The translations under genes and the position numbers were made by a program. From Candidatus Saccharimonadota bacterium (GTDB taxonomy: Bacteria > Patescibacteriota > Saccharimonadia > Saccharimonadales > OFTM59), in contig JAJDCK010000004.1 of the NCBI GenBank assembly GCA_029260855.1, positions 18,312 to 82,311 on the forward strand: a stretch of 64,000 nt of DNA, written 5' to 3'. The number at the start of each line of letters is the position of its first letter. Positions within the stretch are counted from its first letter, which is position 1. A model generated the notes under the pieces. The model was not told where the DNA came from. It worked only from the letters and a program-made list of their open reading frames with translations, and did no database searches. Positions 58,560 through 64,000 of this stretch are shown here, piece after piece.

Positions 58560-60596
58560 ATGACATTGCGAGATATGGTTAGTGAACTGAAGGGTGTAGG
58601 TGATGAGCTGTCCAAAACGCTTCTGACTGTTGGTGTTGAAAATATTGGCCAGCTAGTTGATTACTTGCCGCGTAAATACGAAGATTATTCACACGTAACA
58701 CCGATCAAGAGCATAAAACCTGGCATAGTTACGGTAAATGCTGTGATTAAGCAGCCTGTAGGGCGCTATGTAAGGCGCGGGATGCATATAACCGAAGCTG
58801 TTGCTTCTGATGATACCGGCAGCGTTCGCCTAATATGGTTTAACCAACCTTATCGGGCCGCATCATTGAAGCCTGGAGTGGCGTATTACATATCCGGGGA
58901 TTTTCAGCTTAGAAGACAACGCCTAAGCATCTTGAACCCTTCTATTGAGCTTGTAAGTGACTTTCCAGTCAATACTGCGCGGATTGTGCCTATTTATCGT
59001 GAGACAAAAGCCTTGAAGTCTAGGAGTATCCGCAAACTAATTAGAGAAACAGTCCCGCTCATGCGTACTTTACCGGAGACGGTACCAGGCTGGCTCGTGA
59101 GGCAGCAAAAGCTAATATCACGCGCAGAAGCGTACGAAGCAATGCATTTTCCTGAAAGTGCTGGCCAACTTAATGAGGCGAAGCGACGTTTGGGATTTGA
59201 GGAGGTTTTTCAGATTACACTTGCGAGCTTACTGAACAAGCGTGAATTCGACACGGAACAATCGTTGACTATCCCCTTCAAGGAAGATCTTGCAAAAGAC
59301 TTTGTCAAGCATCTGCCGTTTAATCTCACTGATGACCAGCGAAAAACAATATGGCAAATTTATTTGGACATGCAAAAAACTCAGCCCATGAATCGTCTTG
59401 TTAACGGGGACGTTGGATCTGGAAAAACAGTAGTCGCTATCATGGCGGCGCTGATGGTGATCAGATCTGGATTTCAAGTTGCCTTAATGGCTCCTACAGA
59501 ATTGCTAGCACAACAACACGCAGATACCATACACAAGCTTCTTCATCCACTTGGAATGGCCGACAGACTGAGCCTACTAGTGGGAAGCCTCAAGCCGGAA
59601 CAAAAGAAGGCAGCACACGAACGCATACAATCAGGCGAAACTAGTTTGATTGTTGGTACACACGCGCTCATTCAAGAAAAAGTAAATATGCATAATCTAG
59701 GACTTGTTGTTATTGATGAGCAGCATCGTTTCGGTGTAGATCAAAGAACAAAACTACAAGCTAAAGCCGGACACATGCCACACGTTTTGTCACTAACAGC
59801 TACGCCTATTCCGCGCAGCTTAGCTCTTACGCTTTACGGCGAACTAGACATCTCTGTTATTGCAGAAAAACCACCCGGTCGCTTGCCGATAAAAACAAAA
59901 ATTTGTTCTCCGAATTCCAGGGCGCAGCTGTACCAAGCAATTGAGAAGCAGATATTAGACGCAAGGCAGGTGTTCGTCGTGTGTCCAGCCATAAGCGAAT
60001 CAAATAATTTGCCAATTAAATCGGTTGAATTAGTTTACGAACAGCTGACAAAACAACACTTTAAACATAGAAAAATTGCGCTTCTTCATGGAAAGTTGAG
60101 TTCAGATGAAAAAGATAAAATCATGAAACAATTTCTGGAACACAAGTACGATATATTGGTGACCACTACGGTTATTGAGGTAGGTGTAAATGTGCCGACC
60201 GCCTCGGTGATGCTCATTGAAAATGCTGAACGGTTCGGACTTGCGCAAATACACCAGCTGAGAGGCCGGGTTGGTAGAAGCGATCACCAGGGTTATTGCT
60301 ACTTAATGATGGGTAGCAGTAGCGCTCCTAGTAGCCGATTGAAAGCAATTGAAAACTCAGATGACGGATTTGAATTAGCAGAAATGGATTTAGACATACG
60401 AGGGCCAGGAGCAATATACGGCACAACACAGCACGGCGCCCTGGATCTGAGGATAGCAAAATTATCAGATAGCAAACTGATTGCTTTAGCGCGGAAAGCT
60501 GCTCAAGATTTTATTGATAGAGGTGAAGATTTGTTACAATACAAAGAGCTGCATGAGCATGTTACACGTTTGCGTGCTATTACAAATTTAAATTAG
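58560..60596 (+). CDS. recG: ATP-dependent DNA helicase RecG
   Basis: Wedge domain N-terminus, Walker A GDVGSGKTVVA, DEQHRFG, helicase C motifs QLRGRVGR. Confidence 0.9.
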   Translation: MTLRDMVSELKGVGDELSKTLLTVGVENIGQLVDYLPRKYEDYSHVTPIKSIKPGIVTVNAVIKQPVGRYVRRGMHITEAVASDDTGSVRLIWFNQPYRAASLKPGVAYYISGDFQLRRQRLSILNPSIELVSDFPVNTARIVPIYRETKALKSRSIRKLIRETVPLMRTLPETVPGWLVRQQKLISRAEAYEAMHFPESAGQLNEAKRRLGFEEVFQITLASLLNKREFDTEQSLTIPFKEDLAKDFVKHLPFNLTDDQRKTIWQIYLDMQKTQPMNRLVNGDVGSGKTVVAIMAALMVIRSGFQVALMAPTELLAQQHADTIHKLLHPLGMADRLSLLVGSLKPEQKKAAHERIQSGETSLIVGTHALIQEKVNMHNLGLVVIDEQHRFGVDQRTKLQAKAGHMPHVLSLTATPIPRSLALTLYGELDISVIAEKPPGRLPIKTKICSPNSRAQLYQAIEKQILDARQVFVVCPAISESNNLPIKSVELVYEQLTKQHFKHRKIALLHGKLSSDEKDKIMKQFLEHKYDILVTTTVIEVGVNVPTASVMLIENAERFGLAQIHQLRGRVGRSDHQGYCYLMMGSSSAPSSRLKAIENSDDGFELAEMDLDIRGPGAIYGTTQHGALDLRIAKLSDSKLIALARKAAQDFIDRGEDLLQYKELHEHVTRLRAITNLN

Positions 60597-60603
60597 GGTT
60601 TTT

Positions 60604-61413
60604 ATGTATTCCGGGACGACACTTACAAGATATTCGGGCCGATTATTAGGTGCTCATCAACGTATTGATAGGGTTGCTTACAAACATCTTCTTAAGATCG
60701 TAGAAAACCAGTCAAACTTCCCTAGTATACGGACTATTATTCATTTTGAAGGTAAAAATGGTCCAGACGGAATTAAACGTAAAAGCCCGGCCCAAAATGA
60801 ACCCTGGCATTATTATAGCCCGTTTGACGATAAAGATTTTGGGCTGATTGAGCTCATAGAAGGTCACTACGAAGAGCTCGTAAAGCAAATTAAAAAAGGG
60901 AATACTGAGCGAGCCGGTTTTGAGGCAGCGTGGCTTTCTCATGCGATAGTGGACGGCCTAACCCCGGCCCACCATTATCCATATGAGAAAAAATTAACTG
61001 AAATACGCGGAGAAGGAATAGAAACACGAACGACGGTTCGCCAAAAAATTATTATGTCTGGTGCAACCAGGGGTGAAAGCATGAAGAAAAATTGGAAGAT
61101 GTGGGGACCAAAGGGTCTTCTAACAACGCATGGATTATTTGAAATTGGACTTGCAACAATTATTGCTCCCTTACGATTTGGAGAAGCAAAACCAAGATCA
61201 GCCGACATAAAGAAAATGGAAGAAATTGGTCCTGTTGCTTGGTTCAAGCAGGCAGCGAGAGAGATAGCTATATTGGGGATGTACGAAAGTTATTACGAAA
61301 ATGGATGGACATCAAAGCTTGCATGGCAAGTTAGACATCGCCTTGCTCCTGTAACGGTCCAGACGGTAACTCTTATTTGGTATAGCGCGCTTAAAGATGC
61401 TGGCTATAAATGA
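60604..61413 (+). CDS. hypothetical protein, possible zinc-dependent phospholipase C / S1-P1 nuclease-like metal hydrolase
   Basis: WLSHAIVDGLTPAHH gives H-x3-D-x5-H with Pro at -2, the same spacing as the PLC zinc-site motif HYLGDVNQPMH; no signal peptide. Confidence 0.3.
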   Translation: MYSGTTLTRYSGRLLGAHQRIDRVAYKHLLKIVENQSNFPSIRTIIHFEGKNGPDGIKRKSPAQNEPWHYYSPFDDKDFGLIELIEGHYEELVKQIKKGNTERAGFEAAWLSHAIVDGLTPAHHYPYEKKLTEIRGEGIETRTTVRQKIIMSGATRGESMKKNWKMWGPKGLLTTHGLFEIGLATIIAPLRFGEAKPRSADIKKMEEIGPVAWFKQAAREIAILGMYESYYENGWTSKLAWQVRHRLAPVTVQTVTLIWYSALKDAGYK

Positions 61414-61949
61414 GAATCGTATCAGGTAGCTTAGGGGGCAGAACTTACAACGCCCCGGCGGGCAATCGTACCCATCCTATGAGTGAAAAGGTGCGAGGAG
61501 CGCTTTTTAGTGTATTAGGCGACATAGGCGGGTTAACGGTTGTTGATGCTTTCAGCGGAAGTGGTGCGTTAGCTTTTGAGGCCATTAGTAGAAACGCTAG
61601 CTATGTAACTGCGATAGATATTGATACGAATGCTATTAATATAATTAATAAGAACGCTCAACTGCTTGGCGTAACAAACAAGCTAAAGGTTGTTCGTGCA
61701 AACATAGGTTCGTGGTCGGATAACAATCCTGCTATGCATTTTGACATTGTCTTATGTGACCCGCCATATGACTCTGTGAAAAAAAGCTTGCTGTATAAAG
61801 TGGCCGCTCATACAAAAATACATGGATTGGTGGTGTTTTCTTTGCCACCTAACATTGATTTTTCATTACCCCTTGCATGCTATCGTCAACTTTCGGTTAA
61901 GTCGTACGGTGACGCTCAGCTAGTGTTTTACAGAAAGTTTGCCGATTAG
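61410..61949 (+). CDS. rsmD: 16S rRNA (guanine966-N2)-methyltransferase RsmD
   Basis: VVDAFSGSGALAFEAISR motif I and DPPY motif IV. Confidence 0.8.
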   Translation: MRIVSGSLGGRTYNAPAGNRTHPMSEKVRGALFSVLGDIGGLTVVDAFSGSGALAFEAISRNASYVTAIDIDTNAINIINKNAQLLGVTNKLKVVRANIGSWSDNNPAMHFDIVLCDPPYDSVKKSLLYKVAAHTKIHGLVVFSLPPNIDFSLPLACYRQLSVKSYGDAQLVFYRKFAD

Positions 61950-62668
61950 ACCTTGTGCTTTTTTATTTTGATTGCGTGTTTTGATAGCTCCAAATATCGT
62001 AAAGCGGGGGCGCAGGAATACAGAGTTGTTAGGATTAGCACGGCCAAACCTCCCCATACTGGAACTATGTTAAAAACACTAAATAAGACTGATACTCCTA
62101 TGACGCCCCATATTGCCTTAGAGTGCAGAATAGAAGCTTGGGCGCTAGCAGACATAGCCTCTTTAACACTCAAGTTTTGGTCAATCAAAAAGTATGGAGT
62201 CAAAAAGTACCTTCTCAATACTATCAGACCAGGAACTATAAAGGCTATCAACCCAAGAAAAATAAATAATGCAAACAGAAAATTGAAGCCTATTATTCTC
62301 CAGAAGTACTTAAGTGAATCGCTTACTGCCTCTATGAGCCCGACTATTTTCCCTTTAGCTACCTGAAGCTGTAGATAGTAGCGCGAGGGAAGAAGCAGTA
62401 CTGAAAAAAGTGCTCCTAAGATATAGTACGGTCTTGATCCTGGTAGTGAGTTTTTGAGTGACAGTTGTTCTATAAGGGTTAAGTTGGATGCTAAAAAATT
62501 TGCTATATTCATGGTTTCGGCGATAAGTATCAAGAATGAGGGTATAAAAACTATCGTCAAGAAGCTCAAAAAATTATTAAGTACAGCCTCTTTACTCGGT
62601 ATGAATAATTGGAACGCACCAATTGGCTTAGCCATATTAATCCTTCTTGTTCGTTGCCTATTTATCAT
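61946..62668 (-). CDS. integral membrane protein, unknown function (start possibly at 62635)
   Basis: Four or more hydrophobic segments; convergent with rsmD, overlapping its stop. Confidence 0.4.
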   Translation of the reverse strand: MINRQRTRRINMAKPIGAFQLFIPSKEAVLNNFLSFLTIVFIPSFLILIAETMNIANFLASNLTLIEQLSLKNSLPGSRPYYILGALFSVLLLPSRYYLQLQVAKGKIVGLIEAVSDSLKYFWRIIGFNFLFALFIFLGLIAFIVPGLIVLRRYFLTPYFLIDQNLSVKEAMSASAQASILHSKAIWGVIGVSVLFSVFNIVPVWGGLAVLILTTLYSCAPALRYLELSKHAIKIKKHKV

Positions 62669-62766
62669 AGCAGACGTGAACGTGCCACATAGCCCACCAC
62701 ATAATACGAGGGCCTATTGAGTAAGGCACCACACGTTCATTATGTCTTTATGGCACACACAACCAA

Positions 62767-62795
62767 TAGACTTTACGGCGAACCTTGCATACAAT
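62767..62795 (+). promoter_or_regulatory. promoter candidate TAGACT-17-TACAAT upstream of tRNA-Leu
   Basis: Seen in sequence; -10 TACAAT at 62790-62795, 12 nt before the mature tRNA 5' end. Confidence 0.35.
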
Positions 62796-62807
62796 ATGTC
62801 TTGATGC

Positions 62808-62891
62808 GCGGATGTGGTGGAATGGTAGACACGCTAGCCTTAGGAGCTAGTGCCGCAAGGCGTGGAGGTTCAAGTCCTCTCATCCGCACCA
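62808..62891 (+). tRNA. tRNA-Leu (anticodon UAG), type II with long variable arm, CCA encoded
   Basis: Folded by eye: acceptor GCGGATG/CATCCGC, 3-bp D stem GTG/CAC, anticodon stem CTAGC/GCTAG with loop CTTAGGA (anticodon TAG), long variable arm, T-loop TTCAAGT, discriminator A, CCA. Confidence 0.85.
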
Positions 62892-63239
62892 GATAAAAAT
62901 TTTTGAATAAGGTTTCTGGCGAATTTCTTAGAAAACACTAAGACAACTCAGGGCTGTCGGTACGCTTGCCTGAGGATAAGAATAAAATCGGCACGTTAGC
63001 CGCAATAAGCTTTTACTTATCCTAGTAGCTTGATGAATAAGGGCAGGCTTAAGACGTAGAGACAGTCAGCCTAAACTTTGCAAAATGCCAGACGGTCTTG
63101 CTTTCTTTGCGACGCAAGAAAGGGGGTCAATAAAACTATATAGCTACCCGACAACTACATCTTAAAGGCTGGACATATGCACCTGAAGACTGATTTGTTT
63201 TTACAAATCTTTACTGATTAACTACACTGTCATCAGCAT

Positions 63240-64000
63240 ATGAGCTTATCAACACAACCATATAAAGGGGCGCGGGATTTTTACCCTGACGACAAACGCC
63301 TCCAAAAATATATCTTTGCTAAATGGCGGCAAACTGCCGAACTATTTGGCTATGAAGAGTATGACGCTCCGATTATTGAGCCTTTGGAGCTTTACTTAGC
63401 TAAGTCAGGCGAAGAAATCGTTAATCAGCAGACCTATACATTCGCTGATCGTGGGCAGCGGCAGGTAGCTATTCGGCCAGAGATGACACCGACAGTGAGC
63501 CGTATGGTTGCCGGCAAAAGACAGGAATTGGCCTACCCGCTGCGTTGGTATTCTATCCCGAATCTGTGGCGCTACGAGCGCCCGCAACGCGGTCGGTTGC
63601 GTGAGCACTGGCAGTTGAATGTTGATATCTTTGGGGTGGACGGCGTAGAAGCCGAGCATGAAATAATCATGCTAGCCGACACTATCATGAAATCATTTGG
63701 TGCTAAGTGGGATATGTACGCCATACGCCTAAACAGCCGAAAACTGATCGACTACCTATTGCACGACTACCTCGGGCTGGACCGTACGCAGGCCTACACG
63801 ATTAGTAAAATAGTTGACCGCGTAGACAAAATGGACCAAGCCGAATTCGTGGCTCAGATTGAAGCTGTTTTTAGTCCATCTCAGCGTGAAAACGGAGCTA
63901 GTGACAAATTAATAAGCTTTCTGCATATAAAGAGTCTTGGTCAGCTGCCCGAAGAACTTTTGTCACATGAATCAGTCAAGCAGTTACAAAAACTCATAGA
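63240..64000 (+). CDS. hisS: histidine--tRNA ligase, 5' portion (runs off the window end)
   Basis: Open frame from the ATG at 63240 to the window end: FADRGQRQVAIRPEMTP (motif 1) and RWYSIPNLWRYERPQRGRLREHWQLNVDIFG (HisS motif 2). Absent from the ORF track because no stop codon lies in the window. Confidence 0.85.
   Translation, partial: MSLSTQPYKGARDFYPDDKRLQKYIFAKWRQTAELFGYEEYDAPIIEPLELYLAKSGEEIVNQQTYTFADRGQRQVAIRPEMTPTVSRMVAGKRQELAYPLRWYSIPNLWRYERPQRGRLREHWQLNVDIFGVDGVEAEHEIIMLADTIMKSFGAKWDMYAIRLNSRKLIDYLLHDYLGLDRTQAYTISKIVDRVDKMDQAEFVAQIEAVFSPSQRENGASDKLISFLHIKSLGQLPEELLSHESVKQLQKLI

Noticed and set aside
62892-63239. T-box riboswitch upstream of hisS
   Set aside because: Looked for the conserved T-box sequence (AGGGUGGNACCGCG) and a clear specifier-loop/antiterminator arrangement and found none; kept only as a generic structured leader
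1-64000. CRISPR arrays, transposases, integrases, prophage genes
   Set aside because: No spaced direct-repeat arrays and no recognisable mobile-element proteins were found. tRNA-Leu is followed directly by housekeeping hisS, so there is no integration signature

Overview
This 64 kb window reads as a compact, gene-dense bacterial chromosome segment of about 62 CDS plus one tRNA. It has many 4-11 nt start/stop overlaps, a split transketolase and a gatCAB operon. The gene content suggests a reduced-genome, Patescibacteria/CPR-like (possibly Saccharibacteria-like) organism, but that is inference only. Most of the window is housekeeping: DNA repair and replication (rmuC, uvrB, dnaE, radA, recG, rnhB-yraN), translation (pheS/pheT, gatCAB, tyrS, 5' part of hisS, rplS, rsmD, tRNA-Leu(UAG)), redox (ndh, trxB, glutaredoxin-like, FMN reductase), proteostasis (clpC, pepN) and envelope (class A PBP, galU, CAP-domain surface protein, pilB-like ATPase). 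A long co-directional string, gap-rpiB-(beta-lactamase-like)-rpe-tktN-tktC-fba-pfkB, ends in three translationally coupled genes: an unknown 418-aa protein, a LOG/TIGR00725-like Rossmann protein and a 71-aa membrane protein. I rank this tail as the best candidate for an undescribed module. Other less housekeeping-like loci are a divergent island (two unknown proteins, a GH63-like hydrolase and a TrmB regulator with a perfect 8-bp palindromic operator candidate), extra genes wedged inside the pheST and gatCAB operons, and a near-consensus CIRCE (HrcA operator) in front of clpC. There is also a repeat- and palindrome-rich spacer between the two transketolase halves, and a multi-hairpin 350-nt leader between tRNA-Leu and hisS. 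No CRISPR array, transposase, integrase or prophage signal was seen. All functional calls come from motif and architecture recognition by eye; no database search was run.
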